Assembly: GCA_001600695.1 (NCBI GenBank)
Contig: BCKQ01000019.1
Location: 110,209 to 174,208, forward strand
DNA length: 64,000 nucleotides
Direction: 5' to 3'
Origin: Ascoidea asiatica JCM 7603
Lineage: Eukaryota; Fungi; Ascomycota
Made by a program: the position numbers and the translations under genes. Positions 1-12,003 of the stretch are shown in pieces (position 1 is the stretch's first letter; every line of letters starts with the position of its first letter). Below the pieces are notes generated by a model. That model saw only the letters and a list, made by a program, of their open reading frames with translations. It made no database searches and was not told the DNA's origin.

Positions 1-1
1 T

Positions 2-208
2 CAAGGTAGAAATGGTCGAAATAGTAATTTTGGAAGTCATAGTTTTCAGGATCGAAACAGCAGCAATAATTTTTCTCATGACAATAGCTTTGCCAAACCA
101 AATAATAAAAGAAGATTTGGTGAAGAAGGAATAGCTACTTCTAATCAAGATTTTTCTAAACCTCACAAAAAAGTCAGAGGTCGTAATTACAAAAAATTTA
201 AGGATTAA
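2..208 (+). CDS. 3' end of a protein-coding gene entering from the left edge (QGRNGRNSNF...KVRGRNYKKFKD*), basic low-complexity C-terminus
   Basis: Open frame from position 2 to TAA at 206-208, convergent with SYG1; product not identifiable. Confidence 0.65.
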   Translation, partial: QGRNGRNSNFGSHSFQDRNSSNNFSHDNSFAKPNNKRRFGEEGIATSNQDFSKPHKKVRGRNYKKFKD

Positions 209-442
209 TGATTTGGTAGAATTATTATATAGAAGGCATATAGGTTTTAAATAAAAAATTAAAGACATCTAATATAACGTATACTAAATGAGCAATAGAA
301 AGTCTTGATGTAAAACTATATATTAGTAAAAATGTTTTCATGAGCTATGTGAGAGAAGAATTGAAGGAAAAAAAAACTATAACTATAATTATAAATAAAA
401 AAAAAACTAAATAAAAATGAAAATGCATAACGTTTAAAACTT

Positions 443-3400
443 TCAAGGCCTTTGCTCATTAATTATAGATTCTCTATCGGCGTTGAGTGCTTTACTAGCA
501 CCAGTTTGATTTTCTTCAACGTCAGGATCTACGCTATTAACATCGTTATAACTAGAACGATCATCATCTTCCTCCTCTTCTTCTTCATCAGAATCCGTTT
601 TAGGGTCCAGAGCATGATCAACAGAAACTCTTCTTTGGAAATCTTTTATATGAGCACGAGTGATAACTCTGCTTATAGTTCTTATTAGACGAGCTTTTGA
701 AGCAAATGATGCATTACTTTCGGTTTCATGAGCTCCTTCTTCAGCAGTTGCACCATATTCACCATGATGAGATGGAGCTCGGGATCTTGTAGAGAATCTA
801 CGAGGATGTAAACCTTCCTCCATATTTGAAGAAGAATCAATGACTGCTTCATCATCGTTAGGAGCAAAATAACGAGAAGATTTGATTGAAAATCTTGGAG
901 ATTTGATAGGATTTGGATTCTTTATACTAGATTGAGAAAGGAATTGTGAAGCCTGAGCTGGCTGAGTGAGATCATTTTCATTCTCTTCTAATATAACATT
1001 AATTTCATTGATGCCATTATCAGCAAATTTCTTGGCAGGAATATTAACTCTTCTAATAATAGGATAAGGTAAAGGTGTTTCTCTATAAGCTTTTAATAAA
1101 TGAACATTAGTACAATGCTCATTTTCCATTCTAAAAAAAATCCAAATAAATCTTCTTATTACTTCTGCAAGTCCAACAAAAAAACTTGTGATTGGACTAA
1201 ATCTTATTGATTCGGAAAAAAAAGCATAAAAAATCCATTGAAATCTCAATATAACATCTTCAATAATAGCAAAATAATAAAATAATGGATTTTTATAGGC
1301 TAAATCATCTCTTAGTAAAAAATTTTTGGAATCTAACTGAAAAAGTGACCAGTCCATAAGAACATCCCAAATTGAAGAATAAACAGAATTCAAAGCGGCA
1401 AAGAAAATAAAAGTAGTTCTATTTGTATGTGTTCTATCAATTCTATAAACTGACATCATCATATAATACAATGTTGAAACGAGATATTTTAGCATATTTG
1501 CAATATGAGGAAATTTATCACCAGTATCAGCATATCTTCTAAAACATTGTAAAAGTCTCCAAATACTTGGTAAAGCCTGCATAAAACCCAGAGCTCTTGA
1601 TTTTGAAGATCCACATGGAGCACAATCACAGCCATCTAGAACCCCTTTGAATTCAGTAGAATATGTGCAAAGTACGAAAGCAATATTACCCAATGCATAC
1701 GTCAATGAACAAAATATATCTCCTAGGAAAAAATCTCTGAATTCAACAGGATAAAAGCCTGACCATAATAATCTCCAGATTGCAATTTGACACCATCTTC
1801 TTGAATGAAAATAAAAAATTTTAAATGGCATTAAAAATAAAAATAAGAAAAATCCAATAAAAAACCAAGGTAAATATCTACCTGGGATTATAGTATTTGG
1901 ATAATTGAAATTTTCAAAAGACAACCAAGAAATCAAACAACCGAAAAATAAAAAAAAAGAAGGAAAGAAAAAAAATTGTCTGAAATCTAGAACATTAAAA
2001 CTATTAAATTCAAATATAAATTTATAATTAATCTTATAATAATACCAAGCTAAACAATTGATACCAAAAAATAAAGACATAATAATTGGTTGTAAAAACC
2101 CTCCCCAAATTTGAAATAAAGTTTTTGATTCAGGTAATGAATTATTAGAATAATTTTTTGCACCAATATATATAGATAATATCAAAATTGGTAAACTTAA
2201 TCCTAAAAATAAACCAGAAGAAAAAAGAGATAAATAATAAGTTTGAGGTATTTCTTTTTTCCTTAATTTTTCAACAGCTAATTTTCTATTACCTTTTAAA
2301 AAATGTAATGAATACATATCTTCAATTTTTGGTATTAAATTATCTAATACATCACTTGTTGAGAAATAACAATTATTAACTTTATCCATATACCATTGAG
2401 ACCATTTTGAGTTAGTTTGTTTATCAAATTTCTTAATCATTTTTCTAAAACCAGTTCTATTCAAAGCTCTATAGTTTTTTAACAATTCTGTAAAATTATA
2501 AAATTCTAATAAAGCTAATTTTAATTGTCTTTTAGCTTGTTGATACGGTATACTTGAACTATTATTATAATTAAAAGTTTGAGGTTTTTTTCTTCTATAA
2601 TCTTTTTTATTGAATCTTGGATCATCTTTACCCTTTTTATTATGATTATTATTATTATTATTTATGTCATTATTATTTCTTTGATTGTCATCATCTTCTT
2701 CTTCTTCGTCGTCATCTAAATAATCATTATTATTTGTATTGTTATTATTTTGAGTATCTTGATCATTATCACTTGAATCATCAGAATTATTTTTTTCAAT
2801 TGAATTTTTATTTTTTAAAAATCTTAGTTTTGGTAAAGTTGGTAGTTCAAATTTGGAAATTGTTCTTGTAGTTAATCTTGAAGTTTTTTGAAATAAAATA
2901 TTATTACTATTATTTTCAATAAATTTAGGTTTATTGTTTTTATTATTTGTGTTATTATTATTAATTGAATTAGAGTTAAAATTAGAAATAATTGAATTTA
3001 AATGAATGGAATTATTTGATAATTCTTTTAAACGTAATTTTTGTTCATGTAATTGAATTAATTGATCTTGTAAAAGTAGAAATCTATCAAGACATTGAAC
3101 TTCTTTTTCTTTATAAAATAGATCAACTTTAATTAGTTGTAAATCTAACCATTTAATAAAATCCACTTTAGATTTATAATTTTGTTGAATAATAAGTAAA
3201 TTATTATCGATATTATTTTTGGTTGAGTTTGCTTGATTAATAGAAAAAGAGTTATTATTATTATTATTATTATCATTGATATTATTAATTGAAGTTAAAT
3301 TATGTAAATGAATTTGATTTGTGATATTATTAAAACTTGAACGTTTTTTAATATTTTTAAGAATTGAATTATTTGTATTAATATGTCTTAAAGAATTTAT

Positions 3401-4031
3401 AGCTTTTTTAAAAGAAGAAGTTTCTGGAAATATATCTGGATTATTGTTATTATTGTTGTTATTACCATTTGTTTTTGGTTTTGATTTTAAATTTAATTTC
3501 AAATTTGATTTTGGTTTAAGTGAGTTAGATTGTGATTGTTGTTGAGATTGTTGTTGAGAGTGCAGATTTAATATGGAAGGTAAAGGTTCTAATAAAGGAG
3601 TCTTATCATTTACTTCATCAGTATTATTTATCTCATTATTATTAATGTTGCCATTATTATTATTGTTGTTTGTGAGATTAGGAAGAATTGCAGGAGGAGG
3701 TAAAGCAAAACTAAAAGAATTATTTGAGTATCTTCTTTGTTTTTTCTTTGAGCCAGTTGAATATGGAGTTGAAGATAATAATGGACTTACAATTGGATTA
3801 TTGTTATTATTATTATTGTTGTTATTGTTTATATTAATATTATTTACGTTACTTATATTATTTTCTAAGTCAAATTGATTATTATATTGATTACTGAATT
3901 GATTATTAAATTGGTTGTTATCTTGATTAATATCTTGAATATCATTTTCAACTGGAGTATAATTAAAAGGATATGAATTTTCTAATAATTCAGTTGGAAT
4001 AATATATTCATTAAGCTCATTGTTATTGTTA

Positions 4032-4064
<33 letters not shown>

Positions 4065-4243
4065 GAATTAAGAGATTTTAAACTATTTTGATTATTATTC
4101 TTTAAACTAAAATTATAAATTGATTTTGAAGTTGATTGTAAATCAGGAATTTTTTTAAGTAATTTTTTACCTTGTTTATAATTTAAATATTTATCTTTCC
4201 ATTCAGGAATTAAATTTTCATTTAAATTTTGAGCAAATTTCAT
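443..4243 (-). CDS. SYG1: SPX-EXS domain protein (Syg1/XPR1/PHO1 family phosphate exporter)
   Basis: N-terminal MKFAQNLNENLIPEWKDKYLNYKQGKKLLK (SPX1), LNRTGFRKMIKKFDK (SPX3), EXS motifs FRDFFLGD, WRLLQCFRRYAD, RRFIWIFFRMENEH. Confidence 0.95.
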
Positions 4244-5039
4244 TTTGATATATAGTATAGTATATGATATATGGTATATGATATATGATATATGATAGAT
4301 AATAAAAGATTTAATGAAATTTGATTAGAATAATTGTAAATAAATGAAAAAAAGCTTAGATTAATTCAACCACATAACTTTTGTTTTAAAGAATTATGAA
4401 TAAATAATAGTTGTTTTTTGTATATTATTTATTTATGACTAATGGATAATAGATAATGGATAATTTATGATAGGTTGATTATCCAATTTAATCAATCTCC
4501 TTAATTGATGGATATAATAGAATTGTCTTTGAGTGCTTTGATTATCTAAATGTTTGAATACGATTTGGAATATGATTTGGAATATGTCTTGTGATATGTT
4601 GAAATAAAAAGATTGAGAAATAAAATAAAATAAAATTCAGTCTTAGACTTTGTAAATTGATATCAGTATTTATTTAGGAGTCAATTGATTACAATAACTG
4701 CATTTCGATATGTAAATAAATATATTCAAATAAACATTCACTAAAATATTTTCGTTGGAATTGATTCTTTATTTGTTTGTTTATTTTTCAGTATTATTTT
4801 TTAGTTTCCTCTGAATTTTTATTTTCAATTTCACTTTCACTTTCACCTTTATTTTTATTTTTATTTTTTTTTTATTTTTATTTAGACTCGCAGCCGTGTA
4901 AAGCGTTGATTGCAAAGTTAATCATTTCTTAACATATAAAAAATTCCGTCAAATTTCAGATGCTATGTACGGACACAATTCAGAAATATTCAGGGCAGAA
5001 AAGTAGGGAAGCATATGCATACGCAAACATATAGGGCAA

Positions 5040-5047
5040 CACGTGGG
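5040..5047. promoter_or_regulatory. E-box CACGTGGG (Pho4/Cbf1-type site) in the GC-rich SYG1/DFG10 divergent promoter
   Basis: CACGTG at 5040-5045 followed by GG, inside a CCG/CGG-rich island at about 4885-5235. Confidence 0.45.
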
Positions 5048-5411
5048 CTAAGCAAGAACACCCACAAAAATGGACTCGTCGGTTATTTTTTTATTTATTT
5101 CCGAAAAAAAAAACTGGATTTTATTTTCCGATGCATGGAACTTCAAACAAATAATGTAACCATATCCATACCCGCTAACATTTCGGATTTATCAAAATCC
5201 GCCGTGTTTACTATTTTTTCGCCAGTTCTGCGGGTTTTCTTTTTTATTTCGTATTTTTTTAGCGAGTTTAAAATTGAAGCTTTAAAATCTCAATTTGGAA
5301 TGGATGAGAATAAACATGAAATAAATATGAAATATGAAATATAAGAAATAATTAAGAATTAAATAACAAATATAGATGTAAAATAGACGTTGATATATTC
5401 AATAACTAACA

Positions 5412-6383
5412 ATGATCATATATCTAGATCTCATATTATCCATTGGCTTTGTAATTGAAATATTTGCTGTTTTAACTGCTTATTTATATCCTCCTTTTAA
5501 TCCATTTTTAAAATATGGTAAAACACTTAATCAAAAGAATAATAACAATAATCAAAATGAGATCAAACATAAAAATTACAATAATTTTCAAAAATTAATT
5601 CAATTTATATTAACCTTAACTTTACCAAAATATTTCTTTTATCATTTTTATCTTTTATCTTCTTTCTTATCAATAATCAATATATTATTACTAGCTAATC
5701 CAAATCTAATTCAAAATTTATTAATATTATTTTCCAATTTCACTTTCACTTTCAATTTATATTTTGAATTTAAGTTGAATTATTTCAATTATAATTTAAA
5801 CAATATAAATGAATTTAATAATTTTAAAATTTCTTTAATTTTAATTTTTATTCATTCAATTAGAAGATTATTTGAAACTTTATTTATTTCAAAATTTAAT
5901 AAATTTTCAAAAATTAATTTATTTCATTATTTAGTTGGAATTTATCTTTATTTTTCAATCAATTTTAATTTCTTTGTATATCTATTCATAAATAATCTCA
6001 ATCATTATAATATCTACAATAATCTAAATTCATTATCAATTAAACAAATTATAATAATTATAATAAATTTATTAAATCAATTTGATCAATTTAATAATCA
6101 TTATTATCTTTCAACTTTAAATAAAATTCAATCATCAAATTCACTTAATTATACAAAACCAAATAAATATCATTTTAAATATAATTTAAATGCTCATTAT
6201 TTTAATGATATTATAATTTATTTTTTAAATATTTTTTTATTACCTTTAAATTTATTAAATTATTTAATCTTTTTTTGGACTTTTATAAATTTATTAATAT
6301 CTTCAATTCAAAATTATAATTATTATTATAATAAAAATAGTTCAATTAATAAGCAATATAAGTTAATCACTTTTATTTATTAA
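5412..6383 (+). CDS. DFG10: Polyprenol/polyprenal reductase (steroid 5-alpha-reductase family)
   Basis: LKYGKT, LPKYFFYHFY, HSIRRLFET, HYLVG and AHYFNDIIIY motifs; multi-pass hydrophobic profile. Confidence 0.85.
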   Translation: MIIYLDLILSIGFVIEIFAVLTAYLYPPFNPFLKYGKTLNQKNNNNNQNEIKHKNYNNFQKLIQFILTLTLPKYFFYHFYLLSSFLSIINILLLANPNLIQNLLILFSNFTFTFNLYFEFKLNYFNYNLNNINEFNNFKISLILIFIHSIRRLFETLFISKFNKFSKINLFHYLVGIYLYFSINFNFFVYLFINNLNHYNIYNNLNSLSIKQIIIIIINLLNQFDQFNNHYYLSTLNKIQSSNSLNYTKPNKYHFKYNLNAHYFNDIIIYFLNIFLLPLNLLNYLIFFWTFINLLISSIQNYNYYYNKNSSINKQYKLITFIY

Positions 6384-6548
6384 GTAATTAGAAATAAAAA
6401 AAAGTAAAGAAATAATCTATTTACAAGTTGCTTTTTTTTTTTATTTCTTAATTATTATATATGTATTATTACTATATTTTATATCATTTTATATCATTTT
6501 ATATTAGTTTATATTAGTTTATAAGTTAATTTAAATTTTTTTAAAACA

Positions 6549-7634
6549 TTAATTTTTATCATTATCATCATCTTTTTTAATAAAAGATTTGAAAATATTT
6601 TTCTCAATCTCTTTTCTTTTATGTTTTATAATTAATTTACTTGGACGACCTCTTATTCTACCAATTTGATTTGAAGAATTTTTTAAACTTAAACTTTTCT
6701 TATTTGCTTTTAATTTTAATTCTTTTAATTCTTTTAACTCTTTTAATTCATCTGGTGACATTAATGGTTTTAATTCTTTAATTTTTTTATTTGGTATATT
6801 TTCCCATTCTGGATAATATTCTAATCCAGTTGAAGAAAATGACCAAATTGATTCAAAATTATCATTATCATTATTAAGGATACTATTGTTATTATTACTA
6901 TTATTATTATTATTATTAAATGTTGAATTTGGTGATGTTAAATCTTTTAAAGTTACTCTTTTTTTTGGTTTTATAAAAATTGGTCTATAACCTGCAAATA
7001 AATTTGAAATTCTTAAATCATCAAAAGGTATAATATAATCATCTATTGGAGCTTTTGGTAATGAATCATAACTCATTTGTTTTGATTTTTTATTTAATTT
7101 ATTCTTTGCAATTAATCTTGGTTTATTTAAAGTTCTTTTAATTTTATTATCTGTAATATTAGTAGTGTTATTATTATTATTATTAGAAGTACTAGAAGTA
7201 CTAGAAGTGGAAATAGAATTTGAATTAGAATCAGAAATAGAATTAGAATCATTATTTAAATTTAAATTATTTTTAATATTAATATTATCATTTTGATTTT
7301 GATTTTTGTTTTTAATATCTAAATCTTTTAAATTTAATTTCAAATCAGAATCTAATTCTAATTTCAATTCTAAATTTAAATTTGAATCATTTTTAAGATT
7401 TTTAGAATCTTCATTAATTAATTTATCATTTAATTTTTTATCATTATCATTTCCATTATTATTAGTTGGTTGTTGTTTTAATAAAGGTTTGACTTTTGTT
7501 GGATTTGAATTTAAATTTATTAAACTTGATGAAAGACATCTTTTTGAATTAAATGAAAGATTTGGTAAAATAACATTTTGATTATGAATGAAAGTAAGTT
7601 TTGTAGTGTTTAAAAGCACTGATCTTGATAACAT
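6549..7634 (-). CDS. Mitochondrial PET20-domain protein (Pet20/Sue1/Mrx6 family)
   Basis: Presequence-like N-terminus (MLSRSVLL...KRCLSS); blocks YDSLPKAP...LFAGYRPI and WSFSSTGLEYYPEWENIP..K.LKP typical of the PET20 family. Confidence 0.75.
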   Translation of the reverse strand: MLSRSVLLNTTKLTFIHNQNVILPNLSFNSKRCLSSSLINLNSNPTKVKPLLKQQPTNNNGNDNDKKLNDKLINEDSKNLKNDSNLNLELKLELDSDLKLNLKDLDIKNKNQNQNDNINIKNNLNLNNDSNSISDSNSNSISTSSTSSTSNNNNNNTTNITDNKIKRTLNKPRLIAKNKLNKKSKQMSYDSLPKAPIDDYIIPFDDLRISNLFAGYRPIFIKPKKRVTLKDLTSPNSTFNNNNNNSNNNNSILNNDNDNFESIWSFSSTGLEYYPEWENIPNKKIKELKPLMSPDELKELKELKELKLKANKKSLSLKNSSNQIGRIRGRPSKLIIKHKRKEIEKNIFKSFIKKDDDNDKN

Positions 7635-8247
7635 TTTTTTATATAAATGAGTAACGTTGAAAGTGATGAAACCTGCTTTTGCAATAGTTCAAGCAGTGAT
7701 ATATCAATAAAAGTAGTTGTTATTGAATATCAATAGAATAAATGATATATTGATAATAGATTTGAATAAATAATAGAATATAAACCTGAGCAGAGGTGAT
7801 AACTTCGAGTCTTATCTCGTTTTGCTTCTTGTCATTCAGTCAAATCAAATCAATCTCAAACAGATCCACGTAAATTCAAAACGAGCTGGGCTTCAAAACT
7901 AAAACTAAAACCAAAATCAAATTCAAAATTCAAATTCATTCGAAGGCAAAAAAAAGGGTCACGTGGATAAATCACGTTTTTATACAAGACCATAAATAAG
8001 GTACTACCAACTAAACGGGTTCAATAAATTGAGACCGTTTTTAAGGATTTCCTTTTTTTTTTTTTTTAAATCCGTAATCCCCGTGAGTCCAGTTTTATGG
8101 TTTTTATTTTATTTTGCTGCTTCTGCTGTTTCTGCTGCTTCTGCTGTTTCTGCTGCTTCTGCTGCTTCTGCTTCTGGTAAATAAACCTATATTCAACTAT
8201 AACTTATATAACTTATAAAACAGATACAGTCCCCTAATCAAGAATAA

Positions 8248-11208
8248 TCAAGAGTAACAAAAGGAAGTAAAACAATTCTGACATTGAAGAGGAACCTCAA
8301 ATTTAGAAGAGTATTCATAATTCTTATTCATTCCTTTACTAATACGATCAAATTCTCTTTTCATTGTAGCACAAGCAATACATTGATCAAAATATGTTGA
8401 ATTATTATTTGTAGCAATACTATATCCATTTTCAATCATTTTACATTTTTCTTCATGATTATAAGTTAATTTAAATGTAGATTGATTACTTTCAAAAATT
8501 GCATTATAATTTGGATAATAAACAATTAATGGTGGAAGCCAAGTATCTTCTTCTTGATCTTCATCATTGTTTCTATTTACATCTTCTTGATTTAAATCAT
8601 CCAATATATCTTCACTATTACTTTCATTTTTATATCTAATTGGATAAGATTCATCCAAATTACAACCTAAAAAAATCGGTCCTTTATTTAAATTAAAATT
8701 AACCATTTCATCTAATGTTGGAACTTTTGGAAAAATTTCATGTTCATAAACTATATTTCTATTATTGTTATTATTACTATTATTACTATCATAATAATTA
8801 CTAATATTATTAAAAGTTAAATTATTTTTTTTAATATTATCAAAATAATTACCATGAATATATTTTGCTGTTGGCATTTTCCATAATGATTTTTTATTAC
8901 CTTTTTGATATCTTTCACTTGTAAATTTTAATGTTGTACCATTTGGATAATTATATTTATCAGAAGTTGAATCAATTGCAAAAATTATATCTGATTTTCT
9001 ATCTTTAACTAATAATGGTTGAAAAGGTATATTTTGTCCATCTTCACCACCATCAACTAAAAATAAATGTCCAAATTCACTTATATTATTATATAAAGGT
9101 AAACCATAAAATGGATTTGGTGTATAAATTGCATAATCTGGATGATTATTTCTTTTATTTTCATTTAAATTTAATCCAAAAACTTTTAAAATTGTATCAA
9201 ATGCTTTTAAAGTTTTTTCTTTTTTACTATTTGCAATTAATTCCCAAACAAATAATAATACACTATTAAATAATGATGATGATGTACCTGTAATAAATCC
9301 AATATTATCAAAACCAGAAATACATTTATTTTTAAAAATTGGTTTACCATTTTTTAACATTGTACCTAAATATTTAATTTTTATAAAACCATTAATATAA
9401 GATTCAAAACTACCAAATTCAAAAGGATTAAATTCAATTAATTGAGAATTTAAATTATTATTAAATTTATCATCTTCTGGCCATCTTAAATTTGAAATTA
9501 ATATTGGAAATGGTTGATCAAAATTTTTAAAAGAATTTAAATTTTTAATATTTGAAATTGTTAAATTATTACCTAAATTTTTTGGTAATAATCTATTTGC
9601 TAAAGCTCTACCCCAATAATCTGTAAAAGAAATATGAAAACCAGCTTTTTTTTTTTCTCTTACATCTAAATGTAATTTATAATAAAAATCAATAATTTTT
9701 CTAAAATTTAATTTAATTAATCCATCTTTTTCTTCAATTTCATTTTCATAATCTTCATTATCTTCATTATTTTCATTACTTGAAGTTTGAGATTGAGATT
9801 GAAATTGAAATTGAGATTGAGATAATGTTAAATTTTGATTAATTTTATTATTTTGAGAAATATTTTTAATTGATTTAATTTTTTCATTTTCATGAGATAA
9901 ATTAAATAAAGGATCTTTTTTATTTGATTTAAAGAATTTTTTAAAATTGAAATTAAATTTAAAATTAAAAAAAGTAAAATCATTATAATAATTTTCTTCA
10001 AATTCATTATTAATATCTTGTTTAACATCTTGTTTAATATCTTCTTTAGTTAATTTTGATTTTGATTTATAAAAAGTAGAAGATAATTTTTTTCTTAAAT
10101 TATAATTATTATTATTATTATTATTAAGTTTTTTATGATTTCTAATTTTATCAAAATTTAATTTTGGTATACCTTCTAATAAAGGTATATTTAAATCCCA
10201 ATAAGTTGGATGATCTCTTAAAGAAATAATTGAATTAAAATCATGAGAAATTAAAGAAGATAATAACCAAGTACCACCAGAAACACCAGAAATATAAGTT
10301 GTTGATTGTAATAAACCACCAAGATTACCATTTAAAGAAATATTTGAATTTTTAGTTCTTAAATCAAAAGCGCTTAAAATTCCAGAAGCTGTTAACATTG
10401 ATCTATAACCGCCACCAGAAATTGAAATTGAAATTATAATTTTTTTTGAAGAATTTTTTAAAAAATTATCAAGATTAAAATTTTTTAAATTTATTCTTTT
10501 TAAAAAATTTATATAATTTAATTGAGTTTTTAAATTTCTATTTTTTATATAAATTTTTTCATCATTTGAAATTAAATTATTTGAAAATCTAAATAAATTA
10601 TTTGAATTTGAATTTGAATTATATATTGGACAATTTGTGATATATGGAGCATAATTTGAATTAAAATTTGATAAAAGATTATTTTCTATTAATTTATTTT
10701 TTATTGAATTTTTTATATTTTGTTTTAATAAATTATTATTTTTATTTAATTTATTAACTTTATTGAAAAAAGTATTTACTGCCGAAGTTATAATATAACT
10801 ATTATTATTGTAGTTATTAATATATGAAGGAATTGAATTTGAAATTAATATTTTTGTTTTAATTTCAGTTTCTAATTTAGTTTCAGTTTTAGTTTTAGTT
10901 TTAGTTTTAATTTTAATTTGAGTTGAAATTAATATTGAAGTTAAAGTTTTAAATTGAATAGATTGATAAGTTGAATTATAAGATGAATTTGAAGATAAAT
11001 TTAAAGATAAATTTGTAGTTAATAATGGAAATGATTTGATTCTTATTGGAACTCTTGTTGGAATTATAAAAGATGATATTGGTATCGAAGATAATGTTGG
11101 AGATAATGTTGGAGATGGAGATGGAGATGGAGATGAAGAATATATAGAAATTGAAGAAATAATAAATGAAAATAAAAGATATAATAATTTAATATTAGAA
11201 ATATGCAT
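8248..11208 (-). CDS. SPO1: Lysophospholipase/phospholipase B family, most similar to meiosis-specific Spo1
   Basis: Signal peptide; SGGGYRSML, catalytic GVSGGTW, KKKAGFHISFTDYWGRAL, LVDGGEDGQNIP, C-terminal C..CF..FC; no GPI tail, as in Spo1. Confidence 0.75.
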   Translation of the reverse strand: MHISNIKLLYLLFSFIISSISIYSSSPSPSPSPTLSPTLSSIPISSFIIPTRVPIRIKSFPLLTTNLSLNLSSNSSYNSTYQSIQFKTLTSILISTQIKIKTKTKTKTETKLETEIKTKILISNSIPSYINNYNNNSYIITSAVNTFFNKVNKLNKNNNLLKQNIKNSIKNKLIENNLLSNFNSNYAPYITNCPIYNSNSNSNNLFRFSNNLISNDEKIYIKNRNLKTQLNYINFLKRINLKNFNLDNFLKNSSKKIIISISISGGGYRSMLTASGILSAFDLRTKNSNISLNGNLGGLLQSTTYISGVSGGTWLLSSLISHDFNSIISLRDHPTYWDLNIPLLEGIPKLNFDKIRNHKKLNNNNNNNYNLRKKLSSTFYKSKSKLTKEDIKQDVKQDINNEFEENYYNDFTFFNFKFNFNFKKFFKSNKKDPLFNLSHENEKIKSIKNISQNNKINQNLTLSQSQFQFQSQSQTSSNENNEDNEDYENEIEEKDGLIKLNFRKIIDFYYKLHLDVREKKKAGFHISFTDYWGRALANRLLPKNLGNNLTISNIKNLNSFKNFDQPFPILISNLRWPEDDKFNNNLNSQLIEFNPFEFGSFESYINGFIKIKYLGTMLKNGKPIFKNKCISGFDNIGFITGTSSSLFNSVLLFVWELIANSKKEKTLKAFDTILKVFGLNLNENKRNNHPDYAIYTPNPFYGLPLYNNISEFGHLFLVDGGEDGQNIPFQPLLVKDRKSDIIFAIDSTSDKYNYPNGTTLKFTSERYQKGNKKSLWKMPTAKYIHGNYFDNIKKNNLTFNNISNYYDSNNSNNNNNRNIVYEHEIFPKVPTLDEMVNFNLNKGPIFLGCNLDESYPIRYKNESNSEDILDDLNQEDVNRNNDEDQEEDTWLPPLIVYYPNYNAIFESNQSTFKLTYNHEEKCKMIENGYSIATNNNSTYFDQCIACATMKREFDRISKGMNKNYEYSSKFEVPLQCQNCFTSFCYS

Positions 11209-12003
11209 TTTTTAATTTATTCTTATTTATTCTTTATTCATTTTTATTTTGATTAGATTGAATTGAATTGAATAGAATAGAATTGAACTAAGTAGAATTG
11301 GAATAAGTTTCAGATAAAGAATAAAGAATAAAGAAGAATTGAATTGAATTGAATTGAATTGAATTGAACTGTCAGGTCCATTTCTGTTGTTCTTGATCCT
11401 GAAGATTCTTTTGCCACTGCTGTTTCTCAACCATAGCGCCACTTCATCGCTGGCTCCTTTGAAGATTTTCACGCAGCAGAAACAGCAGCTCTTTGGTCAC
11501 TTTCCTCTCTTGCTTCCATCATTGTCACCAGCCACAACTCACAGCTTCTCTCGTCTTCTCTCAACTTCTCTTCTCTTCTCTTCTCCTGTCTTCTCTGGCA
11601 ATGCTTCTTCTTCTTCTTCTTCTTCTTCTTCTGCTTCTTCTGCTTCTTCTTCTTCTTCTTTAACTTCAACATCAACAACAAACAACAAAATACGCGGCTG
11701 AAGGTGTTCCGTGGTCCGTGTTCCACTGGTGTGGTTTCATTGCGGTGTTGTTTCTTCCGTGTTCCGCCCATCGCTGATTATTCGCATTACTCTCGTTACT
11801 CTCGTTAATCTCGTTATTCTTCTGTTTCTTCTGTTTCTGCTTCTTCTGAATTTAATTTAAGGGGTATTTTTTTATTGTTTGATTTGAAAAAAGTCATTGA
11901 ACTGAAAATCTATAAAAGAAAAAAGATAAAAGAAAAAAGAAAGACACTGTAAAAGATATTAAAAAAAGAGTAAAACTAAGACTAAGAATAAGACTAAGAA
12001 TAA

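Noticed and set aside
11387-11771. ORFs of 60-160 aa in GC islands (also 5015-5344, 14863-15364, 26371-26657, 31453-32185, 41666-42013, 58244-59505)
   Set aside because: Overlapping on both strands, low-complexity, many with TTG/GTG starts, codon usage unlike real genes; expected where GC-rich sequence lacks stops
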